Assembly (NCBI GenBank): GCA_018398765.1
Contig: JAHBMJ010000335.1
Coordinates: forward strand, 1 to 50,268
DNA length: 50,268 nucleotides
Reading direction: 5' to 3'
DNA from: Chromera velia
Taxonomy: Eukaryota
The stretch's first letter is position 1; each line of letters starts with the position of its first letter. Below are positions 1-11,689 of this stretch, piece by piece. The position numbers and the translations under genes were made by a program. The notes beneath the pieces were generated by a model. That model saw only the letters and a list, made by a program, of their open reading frames with translations. It did not search any database and was not told the DNA's origin.

Positions 1-594
1 CGGGATATTCCAAGATCGGCACCGCAAGGGCCGAACTTCGGACAGTCTCTCCACAGATAGAATGTAACTATTGTTTTCAACCCGGAAATCTCCGAGCAGC
101 TTGCAGGGCTCTGAAAAGAGACGTAACTCTGCCTACCCACCGAATTGAGAACGGCCCTTTGAGAAACTTAAATCAGCGACAAGATCTCCTCGCGGCCCGA
201 CGGGGGGCCCCTTATCTCCAACAACGACCAGAATTCCGTCCTAACCGACCCCCTCTTCCTTTTCAACCAAACCTAAATCATTCCCGTCCGACATAAAACG
301 GGAGACTCCAATAGATGCAGCAGGCACGAGGCTTTCGCTCTGCTCACTTTTGTCTCTAGACCGGAAGAAACAACCAGCCTCTTCGACCTCCAGTTCACCT
401 CATAAGGTCCAATCAGGCCCCTTTGGACAACTTCAACAGGCAGCAGCAAAAACACTGAGGCGTTCGCGGACGGACAGGGGCAACCGCGAACGGGCAAAAT
501 GCCCCAAGAGACAGACGTACAGGAAAGACCTCCTCTCCCCTCATCTTCGAAGTCATCAGTTCGCATCGCCCATGTCCACCTCTCGTCTTGAGGT

Positions 595-3066
595 GTGGGA
601 ATGGCGGTTCTACTCGGTCATGCCTTTTCCATGCCCGTTCCTTCTCTTATCGACAGTGGTGTTGAGATTAGTCTCCTGCATTCACAGGTGTTCAGACGTA
701 TCCAAAAAGAGAATCCATCCATTGCCGTCTTTCATATTCCTCTTTCTATCAAGGGGGAAGGGGGCAGCAAGATTGAAAACGAAGGAGCGGTAATTCTGCC
801 AGTCTTTGTGGGAGGGCAAGAAAGGAGACAAAGGTTCATTATTTCTCTTTCCATCAGCCATAACTGTCTTCTCGGTCGGGACTTTCTGACCAAGCATGTC
901 TCTTCTCTCAAGTTTCAGAATCAGCCTGATTGCTTGTGCCTTCGGGAGAACAGAAAGGGAGAGAAAGTCAACGTGTCTCTCTTTCCCATGAAAGAACTAA
1001 ATCAAAAACAGAAATTCTTTTTCTCCCCCCTCTTTCTTCAACAAAAGGAAGTCTTTCCTCCACAGTCCATCTCCCATATGACTCTGACCTTACCTGAAGA
1101 CTCCATGATTCCGAACGGAGCCCTCGTCCTTGTCAAGCCTCGAGTAGGATGACTTTTGCCTGCAGGAATCAGACCGGCAGATGCAGTTTCTGTGGTGGAA
1201 AATCACTGCGTCAAATTACCTATCATGAACGCAATGCAGCGTCCCTTCTCCCTGCCAACCAACCTTACGATTGTATGTACATGGATTTGCGTCTCCAAAG
1301 AGGAAGATGAGCAGGCTCCAGCTTCTTTCTACATACCCCCTCAATCGCTTGATACCACAGTCGCATCCATACTGACTACTAAAGAAACGTAAGATGACAG
1401 AGAAATGAAGGAAGAAAGAAAAGACGACGTTCTGACTGTTGAAGAAGAAGCGGAGGCTAAACGACAGATAAAGGAAGTAGTGGAGAAAACCCAATCGATC
1501 AGCCCTCAAGAAAAAGAAAGGTTCGAGAAACTTTTGAATGAATACCTCTGCCTTTTTCTAACCAACCGAAGTCTAGGGACAATCAAAGGATTCGAAGCAT
1601 TAGTAGAGACAACGACAGACGAACCTGTATACATCCGACCCTGACCCGTTCCACATGCCCTCCGTAAAGAGGTCCAGGAACAGATCAACGAGTGGCTGCA
1701 AAAAGGGGTCATACAGGAAAGCTTGAGCACATGGAGTACACCAGTAGTTTGTGTGAAGAAAAATAACGGAAAACTCAGGCTCTGCATCAACTACCGGATG
1801 TTGAACACCATGCTGAAGAAAAAGGTCTATCCGATGCCACGAGTGGACGACGTGGTCTCACAACTGCACAACCGAACATAGCATTCAGTCTTGGACCTAG
1901 CTGCCGCCTTCAACTAGCTCAAAGTGATTCAGAGGGAAAGTGACATGGAGAAGCTGACCTTTGCAACAATGGCGGGCAGCTGGAAGTTCTTCAGAGTCCC
2001 TTTTGGACTTTAGAGTGCTCCCGCCTCCCTCTAGCAGGCCATGAACGCCTCCCTTGCAGGCTTGCTCGGCAACTGCGTCTTTTGCTACATGGATAACTTG
2101 CTCGTCTCTTCCAACAGTGTCCTACAAATGTTTGAGGATTTACGAGCAGTATTTGAGTGACTCAAAAAAATTGGGGCAAAGTTGGCTTTCGGAAAATGCC
2201 AGTTCTTCCAAAGAGAAATTGTCTACCTTGGTCATCTTATCACCCCAGATGGCATTCGCCCCTCCCCAGAAAAGACAGAATGTATCAGAAAGGCCGTTCC
2301 TCCCAAAACAGTCAAACAAGTGAGAGGGTGGCTGGGATGCACAGGTTTCTCCAGAGCATACATCCAAAATTATGCCACCATCGCGAAGCCGCTCTACAAG
2401 CTGACAAAGAAGAACACTGTCTTCAAATGGGAGGAAGCACACCAACAAGCGTTTGAACGACTTAAGGACATTCTCTGTTTGGCACCTGTACTCGGACACC
2501 CTCAATGGAATCGTCCATTCATTCTCAAATGCGACGTAAGCAACGAGGCCCTCAGCACTATCCTGGTACAACAAGGCGACAACAACAAAGAATACGTCAT
2601 CAGCTATGCGTCGAGAAGAGTGACGTCTCCAGAAGCAGCTTACCACATCTCCAACAGGGAGCTTCTGGCCGTGTGCTTCAGGTACAAGAAGCTCCAACAC
2701 TGGTTAATATACGGGACCGAGTTCCTTGTCTATTCCGACCACGCCGCTCTGCAATATGTGATGAAAAAAAAGGACACGAGTCTACGTCTACTCAGATTGA
2801 TGCTGCAACTCTCTGGATGCACATTCAAAATCATTCACAAGAAAGGAAAATCTCATGCAGATGCAGATGCTCTGACCAGAGGTTGTTTCATTAATGACCA
2901 GCACCCTCCACAACTACCCGACTCAGATGCGGAGTCAGAAGACTCAGTCATAGTAGCAGCAAATGGGACAGAGGCAACAGAGAATCAAAAACAAGGACGA
3001 CCACAGAAAGAAGACCAGAACAGAAAGGAATCGGAAGAATCGAAAGAAGAGACAACAGAGAAATGA
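595..3066 (+). pseudogene. pol: pol: aspartic protease, reverse transcriptase and RNase H, disrupted
   Basis: One reading frame broken by in-frame stops at 1150, 1390, 1642, 1879, 1915, 2011, 2032 and 2158; catalytic YxDD reads YMDN. Confidence 0.93.
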
Positions 3067-4497
3067 AAGAGAGGACGACCACGGAAAGAAGATCAGAAAA
3101 AGAAAGAATCAGACGTTCTTCATCAGTTCCTTGTACCCCGCATCACTTCTATTTAGTAGTATTTACACACCTGAAGAAGTGAGAACCCACCAGCAGGAAG
3201 ACAGCAAGCTCAACAAAACCTACAACTACCTGTTAGTAAAGACAGGGAAGCTCCCTTTCAACTTAAGCTACAAGGAACGTTTTCAATTGGTTACACAGGC
3301 ACCTCTCTACACGCTGCATAACGACATCATCTTTCGAATACTGCCGCCTGCAAATGGATACGAAAAAGGTATGCGCTTTCTCCTCGTAGTCTCAAAAAGC
3401 ATATAAGAAAGCATCCTTAAGGATGCGTACACTCACCTCCTACTGGAATGTTACCAAGGGCTGCACCCCCTACTACTGGTGGAGCCCACTACTGGTGGAG
3501 CTCTATGTACTCCGACGCCTACAAGTTCGTAAAGGCCTGCAAAGAGTGCCAAAAGAAGAAGAGAAGAACTTCAAGGGACGTACATCAATATGAACCCCAG
3601 CCTCTCACACACGCGCCTCTGGAATCTTGGCAAGCAGACGTGATAGGTCCCCTCACTAAAATGGACTCAGAAAACCAGTACATCCTCATCCTCCTCAACA
3701 TTGCCTCCAGATGGATCGAGGTTATCCCCATGAAGGACCAGAAGGCCACTACAATCGCGTAATGCATTGTTAAAAACCTGCTTACAAAGTTTGGCTGCCC
3801 CATCTGTCTCCAAATGGACAGAGGAGCAAACTTCCTTGAGCCCATCATTCACAACATCTCCGAGCTCGCAGGCACAAAGAGAATCGTAAGTACGGCCTTC
3901 AGTCCGGAGACACAAGAAAAAACCGAGAGGGTGAACGCAGACGTGAAGAACTGCCTCTCTAACTACATGTGCGAGAACGAGACGGACTGGGACGAGTATA
4001 CTTGGTTCTGTGCTCACTCTCACAACACCACCTACCAGACCTCGAAAGGACAAACGCCTTTCGAAGTGCTCTTCGGTAGACTTGCCAACCACCCCATCCG
4101 TCTCCTCACCAACCTTCAAGAAGATAAAAGTGTTTTGCTCAAGGACTACACCGATCTCCTCGTAAAGATAAAGGAGGAAGGAGAACAACGTCGCTTCCTT
4201 CATCAAAAAGCTGCAGAAAACAGAATGCGAAGGAAATTTAAAAAGGATCCATGGAAGATTCGAGAGTTCTCAAAAGGCGATTATATCTGGGTTCAGCAGG
4301 GATCCAAAAAGGAGAGACGCCTCAGCAAAGGCCTCGGTGCACAATACGACGACTCGTTCATCGTCATGGATGTTAAGTTGTCGGGCGCTCTTTCTGTTCG
4401 GAAACCGGGGAGACAGAACACCACCACCGTCTCAAAGAGACGATGCAAGCCTTTCCTTTCACGCAACTCCAAGGAAAGTGATCAGATGGAGGCGTAG
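2963..4497 (+). pseudogene. Retroelement integrase (zinc-binding region and DDE core), frameshifted with stops
   Basis: ORF pieces 2963-3406, 3448-3762 and 3814-4497 contain YWWSSMYSDAYKFVKACKECQ, WQADVIGPL, LNIASRW, MDRGANF and TPFEVLFGR. Confidence 0.9.
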
Positions 4498-4677
4498 CAT
4501 GGTGAGGCGGTGGACGAGACCGACCCAATCGAAGAGGTACTTGACGTTGACATAGACGACGATGGTAAAGAGATCGATGGAGAGGAGAACAACGCAAACA
4601 ACGTCGCCAGAGGGCGCAAGAGATAAACAAAAAGATCCGCAAGCACACCTGCATAGAAGAAACAGAAGGAACGAGAG

Positions 4678-4899
4678 TTGGATGAAGAGATGGACTTCGA
4701 TGAGCAGAGGGAATACGTTATCGAGAAAGTGTGTGACCAACGCACTCGATGGGGACGAGTTGAATATCTCCTCAAGTATAAGGGGTATGACGACCTCTAC
4801 TGGGAACCTGAGAAGAACATTGACTGCGCTGAGCTGGTGGCAGACTTCCTCAAAAGAAAAGGAACCACCGCCGTTCAGCCCCGCAGGAGACGGCGATAG
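4678..4899 (+). pseudogene. Integrase-associated chromodomain
   Basis: EYVIEKVCDQRTRWGRVEYLLKYKGYDDLYWEPEKNIDCAELVADF matches the chromodomain pattern and follows an acidic linker downstream of the integrase. Confidence 0.9.
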
Positions 4900-5273
4900 A
4901 AACGGAAGAATAAATGGATAGGGACAAGAAATGATGCCTTCTGCCAATCAAGCAGAGAATGAAGAGTGGTTTTTTTTATTTACTCCCAACTAATCTGTCA
5001 CAGTCCTTCCCTCCCCTCTCGGAAAGTCCTTCCTATGGTATAAGTATCAGAAGGACGGCGTGACCACCTCTAACCACCTGTAGGGTAAAGAGAATGAAAA
5101 GGAGCATTATGACCTTCTGCATGCACTCATTTGAAAAGTTAACCAGATGAAGACAACGGAGCAGGGAAACGTCAGGGAAATACATGCACCGGAAGCATAC
5201 TTACGGGGAAAGGTTATTGAAATCTCTGAATCTTTCCTCTAAAAGCGATCTTGTGCAGAGATGCATCATGCAA

Positions 5274-5285
5274 CACACATACACA

Positions 5286-5343
<58 letters not shown>

Positions 5344-5385
5344 TATATATACATATATATATACAGAGAGAGAGCTAGAGAGAAG
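5274..5385. repeat. Compound microsatellite (CA)n-(TA)n-(GA)n
   Basis: Directly visible dinucleotide runs. Confidence 0.95.
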
Positions 5386-5649
5386 GAGAGAAAAGAACGA
5401 GCGAGCGAACACACACATGAATGTTCATATATGTATTATCTGCATGGCAACGCATGGATCTGAGCATGCATGAATACTTCCTTCTCTTCGGCTAGCATAC
5501 AAATAAAAGGGTGCTAACATACATGCTGACCAAGAGTCAAGCGAACGCGGGCCCATGAGCGGAACACCCCTCAGGGGATCTGGACGGCCCCGTTGCCATG
5601 CAGGGAGGACAGGAACCATCACCTCGTTCCTCTCTCAGCCAAAATCCAC

Positions 5650-6310
5650 CCCAGGGTACGGATATAGCTGCCTAGACCCTAAGCGGTCATCTTGTTCACA
5701 AGTATGCATCGAGTTGAAAGCCTGGCCAAAGATGAACATCTTTGAGAAGGTGTCCGACACGTTGAAGAAGGCACCGACAGACTTCAAGTCGTGTTAAGGT
5801 CCCAGCAGGCCGTGAACCTTCGATAAAACGTCGGAGCGGACGTTCACTATGTCGATGAAGGCTGCGAGTTGTAGTTGACACAATCGCCAGCCGTGACGGT
5901 GCACTCAATGAAGTTTGGGTGGTCGTTCGAGTTTAGGAAGCTGTTGGAGACGGCAGTGATGATGAAAGCTTCAAAGACCTGCATGATGCACAGATGAACA
6001 GATAATCAATGAATGAACCATTCATGTCATTATGAATGATGTGCTTCAAAGGCGTGGCAACAAATCAGAGCGGCAGGCACAATGATTGGGAAGGGCAAGG
6101 CATTGAGCGCTCGGCGCCTTCAGGTCCTGTCTGCCAGGGCAAAGGAGAGCACGATGCGAACCCATCCGATGCTCTCTTGTCGACCCTTTTTTCTTCACAA
6201 AAGGCTTCATGTCAACACATTAGAACAAGGACGGCATCATAAGAGACAGAGAAACATACCTGGGAACGGACTGAAGGCTGGTCAGGGTAGGCCAGGGGGG
6301 CGGACTTCAT
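5650..6310 (-). pseudogene. Possible degenerate spliced gene fragment, product unknown
   Basis: ATG at 6310 (MKSAPLAYPDQPSVRSQ), GTATGT donor, TGCAG acceptor at 5979, in-phase VFEAFIITAVSNSFLNSNDHPNFIECTVTAGDCVNY, then a frameshift to AFIDIVNVRSDVLSKVHGLLGP* with a stop. Confidence 0.3.
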
Positions 6311-6727
6311 AGCTAGCGTGCCAGCTGTCTCTGAGTGAAAGTATCTTGCAGGTACCTACTGAGACCAACATGACCGGGCAACATTGCAGCGGCGAGACGT
6401 CTCGAACATGGGAGATAGCACAAGCTACTTCGTAAAATACTTTTTAGCCAATAAAATCAGGATCCTTCGGCGGAGACTCAAAGGAGGCCGCGGTGGACTT
6501 CCCCATTGTATTGTATTGTGGCAGCCATGCATGTAAACCATCGCGGACATGCATGCAGTGCCACGCACAGCTCGGCGAGGCCAAAATTTTTTCGAGATCG
6601 ACGCGACGCACGCAAGCAACATCTTTCTCGCAAATGCGCAACACTGCAATTCCCGCATTTGCGGGTACCGACCCGCATTTGCGGGTACCGTATACTATAT
6701 ATACATTTCACAGCTGTTGCACCAAGA

Positions 6728-8717
6728 ATGTCATTTCCAAAATCGAGTCTTACCGATTTCAACCTCAAGAAAATTGAATAACAGCGCTTAGAATTTCTTG
6801 TACGGGAAGCCCTACCTCTACAAAAGATCGTTACCTCGCCTATTCGAGATAGACCTTGCTTGATACAAGCCTTAATTCCTTCCAGCCTTCCCTTAATATC
6901 TCGGTATCCAGTCTTCCAACCATGGCTCACGCTCCCCAAGACATCCTCTCATATGAGATGGATGCGTTTAGAAAGCAAGTCCTCATTCAAATTTGATGCA
7001 TCTCCTGGGTTGTATGGTCACCGACAGGGTGACACAATCCTTCCTACCATTACCGAAGACCCAGAGTTCATTCCCATGAACTACGAGTGTCTTCACCCTT
7101 TTGCTGTGACACCTGCAACCCTGCTGCGGGTTACTCGGATGGGGTCCATTGTTATCAGTGGCCTCGATATTTTCCAGCCTGTAACAGCAGAGGACCTGGT
7201 TATGCTCCCCCTCGTTTAGCAGTTTGTTAAAGACGGTCCGAAGAAGATGACTGAGGCACTGAAGAAAATGAAGAACAGGTTCTATGACTATGGCCCAGCG
7301 CATCTCAGAGACAACTACACCAAAGAAGTCTTTGGCATGGCGGAGAGCACGATCGAAGATGTTCGCTTGTTTCTTTGTGCCCTCCGAGCGGACCAAGGAC
7401 GCCTCGCTCTAGATCTCATCTACAGCGCCGCTCCTTTCTTAAAGCTTACTAGAGACAAACCTGGTTACCCCAAGACAACCATTGAAAGGTTCTGCGCCAA
7501 AGGACCTAAGTACATCAGAAATCCGGAGAAGGTCGGACTGTATGCATATCCTGATGCATGTTCCCGCCTCCGTTCCCCTCGCTCGCGGTCTCCTGGTTGT
7601 TCCCCCTCCTGGCAACATGCGTGTGCAGTGCGAACCATGTGCTGCATTCGAGCTTCTTTCCCTGCTCTGGCCTGATGTCTTCCGGTACTTGATGGACCCC
7701 GGCGCCGTCACGACAGAAGAAGGTTCTGGGTGCGTCTTTGTCTCCGCCCAAGAGTACAAGGACTATGACAAGCTGAAGATCACGAGACCTTCATGTACCG
7801 CAACTGCTGTGACGATTGAGCAGGTTCAACCTGAGTCTTCCCTCGCATCTGACTCCGCCACAGTGTCCTCTACTACTACAACAGGACAGCCTCCAGAGAC
7901 CGGATACGAAGCTGACACAAAGGACGGCCCTGAGAGGGGTCAGAAGCGATCCAGGACAGAAGAAAACCCTCAAGTTGCTCCTACCGAGACCACTTCCATC
8001 TTCAACAACTCTGTTCAGAACACACAGCTCATGAAGAACTCCCAGGACACCGAGGTTGTCCAGGATCCCGTCTTCTCTCCGCTTTCTCCCCCTTTTCCTC
8101 TGTAACCACAGGCGCAGGCTGCCCATGCCGTCATCCACCCTATTCCTGAAGGTTATGGCCAGGATCTCCAGATGATTGATGGGACTCTGCAGCAGGAGAT
8201 GTCCACCAACTACGAGGGTCCCACTGATACCACAGGTGTGTTGGAACCGCTGACTCCACTCAACGCCGAGATGAACACTGAGCAGGGCATCGTCGCGAAC
8301 GTTGCTGCAGCGGCCCTTTGCAGATCTCCCTGCAGAATGGGTTCGCCTGTGTTTAGTCTTTCCAGCAGAGGTCTGGACGCGCCTTTTGGGGGAGTTTTGC
8401 GCTCCTATAACGAGACTGTGTCCGCCGCAGAAGCTTTCATTGGCAACCCGACATTCCTTCCCGGCGGTTGGGCAGGAGAAGTGCTCTACGTCGAGGGCAT
8501 CATTCCTGATATGAAGATCATGATCCAGGACGAGCTTTGCCGATGCATTCCGACTCGTCCTCACTACCTCGCAGTCTGATTTGCTCAGAACAGAAGAGGG
8601 ATCATGAACCCTAATGGCGGTAGGAAGTACTGCCCTCTTTGCGCCCGGGAGAGAGGACCTGCCGACCACCGAAGAGCTCTTATGGAGTTTAAATGGTTGT
8701 TTGGACGGGGTTATTGA
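6728..8717 (+). pseudogene. Intronless ~660-codon ORF with four internal stops and one frameshift; C-terminal GRF-like zinc finger
   Basis: MSFPKSS (6728) stays in frame across stops at 6779 and 7217, shifts frame near 7545, then stays in frame across stops at 8103 and 8577. It ends LCRC...NPNGGRKYCPLC...EFKWLFGRGY*. Confidence 0.6.
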
Positions 8718-9320
8718 ACACGGAGATGATTTTCAGGGGGGTCTAAATTTGGAGGGGGGGAATTGGGGCGCTTTGGAGTTATGTATGTCCGGTTTACCTT
8801 CCTCCGTATCATTCTTATTCTGTTTTTTTTTCTCTGTCTTCGGTCTTCACTGGCCGGTCTTCACTGAGTCTTGGTTTACTTTGGTCTGCAAGTATGAGGT
8901 GCTTTGAATAAGGGTTATTGAGGGTGGTTGAGGGGCTGACACACTGGTTCTTATCAGTAAATAGAAAGAGGGAATGGGTTTTCAACAACAGGGAAAAGGT
9001 GACCCAGCGGTGATTTTGTCCCATACAGATTCAAAAGAATCTGATCGAATTCAAGTTTTCTCACTCGAGAATGAATCTTTGAAATTCATGCGTTGGTTCT
9101 TTCCAGTCACCTTTTATTCTGACATTTAGTTTTGAATTGAAAGTAAGCAAAAGGGACGCGTTATATTGAAGGAAACCGTCGTGGAATACGGTTTTGAGCA
9201 AGAGGGACGTGTTATATTGAACTAAAAAGCTTTAAATTTTATGTCTTAAATAGTTTTAGTTTTAGAATGAAAGTAACTTCGAATTTGTACTAAACACTAA
9301 ATTTTGAAAGTTGCTTTCCT

Positions 9321-9399
9321 AGTCAATTGGCCTAATGGTTAAAGTATATGGTTCATAAGCAAACAGTCTTGGGTTTAAGTCTTGACTGCCTCCTTTTTT
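9321..9399 (+). pseudogene. Degenerate tRNA-like / Pol III promoter relic
   Basis: A-box-like TGGCCTAATGG at 9328, TTCATAA at the anticodon-loop position, B-box-like GGGTTTAAGTC at 9371, then a T run. Stems pair poorly. Confidence 0.3.
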
Positions 9400-11689
9400 C
9401 ATTCTTGCCAGAAATAGGAAAGGCCGGAAAGGGTAGTTCGTCATCCTTATTAAGATACGACGCGACTTCGATGTGACACGACGTCTAGGAAGTATCGCAC
9501 CTGCAAATGCGGGTTTAAACCCGCAAATGCAGGTCTGAAGAGCAAAAAAAATATATGAAAAACTCCAAGTTGCTTCAGATGAACGATAAAATAAAAATCA
9601 GAAGGTACTCCGAATCGTTATTCAGATTTCAGATTTAGATGGATTTAGATTGTCTTTGAACTCTAGCTTCAGACCTGAACTCTTGAAGACGGCTCTGACT
9701 ACCAACACTATCAGCAGAAGTCAATCACTGATACCTGCCTTCTAGTTAACCACCATCTAGCCTCTGACGTCCTGTAGCATCACCAAGCAAGCGAGTGGAT
9801 CTTCTAGTCTGTTCCTCTTTGACACGAAGCCAAATGAGGTCAATAGAACAACAGCTATTCTGGTTGGGTTCCATCTGTCTCCCCCCCAGTGAGAGCCCTG
9901 AGAAGCGTTAGGCTTCAAGCGTTTAGCAGCAATGTACAAGTAAGCTAGCGAGTGAATTTTAAATTTTAATTATCCCTATATAAGAGCATTAAATTTAGCG
10001 TTAAATCTAGCGTTAAATTCAATCAAATTCACTAAATTTCTCTGAATGCTCTCTTTTAAACTTTGTGTGTATCTATTAAAATCTCTTTGTACCTTAAAAA
10101 ATGCTAGAAAAAATGTTTGGTGGAGTGTCCAGCACTGTCCGTGGTGAAAAAGACCGGCTTAATTATTAATAGCCTTAATAATACCAAATATTTTAACTTA
10201 TCTTAAATATAATATCTTTTTAAAAAGTTAACTTACCATTTTGTCGATCATGACTTTGAAACTAGCTTTAAAAAAGTCCGGTTGGTGGACTTTCATAAAT
10301 ATCTAGATAAATATAGGATAATATAGGGAGTGTAAAGCTGAAAATTGGTATACAAAGCGGGCTTAGAGCGCCTAGAAACAAATACTAACTTCAAACTTGG
10401 CTTCTACATTTTTTTTTTCATAGCGGTGGCTCGAAGTAGAAACAAAAAGAAGATCTAGAACGCTGTGACAGGCTGCTCGTTCGATCCAAATCCCCTCTGC
10501 GGTTCTGAAAGGATTCCCGGATTGACGTACGTGAACTCATGGACGTTCGCTTGTGGATCATGTACGGGGAAATTGGAAGAGTCATGCACGGCCGACAAGA
10601 CATCAAACTGACAACTCCAGGGTGTTCGGATAAGATTTGAGGATCTCATCAATTTTTCTTCTTGAAAATGGTTTGCCCCTCCGAGTTTTCTTTTCTCCTG
10701 GCCTGCCGGGACTGTATGCTGTTCGGTATTTCTGGCTGTATTGGGAGCAGAAGGAGAATGAAATTGTCCTCCATTCACGGACAGCACCAGCATGCAGCAG
10801 AGACCAGAAAGAACCTGCCGGGCCCCGGCCAAAGAATGAAGTTGAAATCGGAGAAGAGGGGCTGAGCCTCCAAAAGCGGTGCAAGGGGGGCCGGTGCGAT
10901 CAATCTCTTTCTAATCGATGTGGACATTTTTTGTCACTGCCGGGTCTGGCTGTTCGTGCAGGCCCCTGATAATCATGATTGCCCTCGCTTTTGATTCCGC
11001 CATCTCGGACTCTGCCGAGATACCTGCCGAGGGAAAGTTTTTTCTTTTCTTTTCTTCTCTTCTCTTCTCTTCTCTTCTCACTTCTCTTCATCACCAACTA
11101 AGTCTTCTGTTGCTTTTTTGTTTTCCCCCTTAATTTACCGAATCACCAAGGAAAGCAGGGGAACTAGACAAAAAAAGGGTTGTCTGTATGCATAGACGCT
11201 GCATGCTGCAGTCAGGTTGTGTGCAGTGTTTGCGGTTTGCAGTACCTCCTTGTATTTTTTCAAACCTCTTCTTTCCCCTCTTGCAGGCAGCACAACCACG
11301 GACAGAAAAAAAAAGAAGAAGAAATTGGAAGTCAGATCGAAGAGGGAGTGGAGCACTGCCTTAGCTGTCTGAACATGCAGGCGACTCGGAGGAGAAAGTG
11401 ACTTTGTCTCTCCATGGGGCACGTCGCCAACCCTCCCTCAGGCATCCATCCATCCATCCATCCATTCTCGGTCTCACGCGCCTGCAAGGGGTTCTGAGCA
11501 TCGTCACCAGCATTGAATTGAACGTCACGCCCCGCTGCAGCACCAACGTTGTGTCGTCATGCATGCGGCGCAGTACGTGTTTACAGAGGATCATCGCCAG
11601 CATCAATCACACAGTGACGGTTTGCATTCATGGCAGCCCCAATTGAGGATCTAGCTAGCTGTCTTCATGTACGTACGGCGCCTGCCTAC

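Larger units (their letters stand above)
1..4920 (+). mobile_element. Decayed Ty3/Gypsy LTR retrotransposon of chromovirus type (gag 3' end, PR-RT-RH-INT-chromodomain); 5' part lies outside the window and no LTR was identified
   Basis: Degenerate zinc knuckle CNYCFQPGNLRAAC at 63-104; protease LIDSG; RT motifs LCINYR, VPFGL, YMDN; RNase H CDVS, RELLAV, SDHAAL, ADALTR; integrase YWW..CKECQ, MDRGANF, TER; chromodomain after the integrase. Domain order is that of Ty3/Gypsy. Confidence 0.95.
6652..9533. mobile_element. Putative unclassified mobile element bounded by inverted tandem palindromic motifs
   Basis: CCCGCATTTGCGGG-N6-CCCGCATTTGCGGG at 6652-6685 and inverted CCTGCAAATGCGGG-N6-CCCGCAAATGCAGG at 9500-9533. 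The interior lacks introns and microsatellites and holds one long decayed ORF. True termini and TSD not found. Confidence 0.5.

Noticed and set aside
4920..5270. Polypurine tract and 3' LTR of the Gypsy element
   Set aside because: No clean PPT followed by TG, and no second LTR copy in the window for comparison.
6728..8717. Interpretation as an env-like extra ORF of the upstream Gypsy element
   Set aside because: Separated from it by microsatellite-containing, spliced host-like DNA; no signal peptide or transmembrane segment; has its own flanking motifs.
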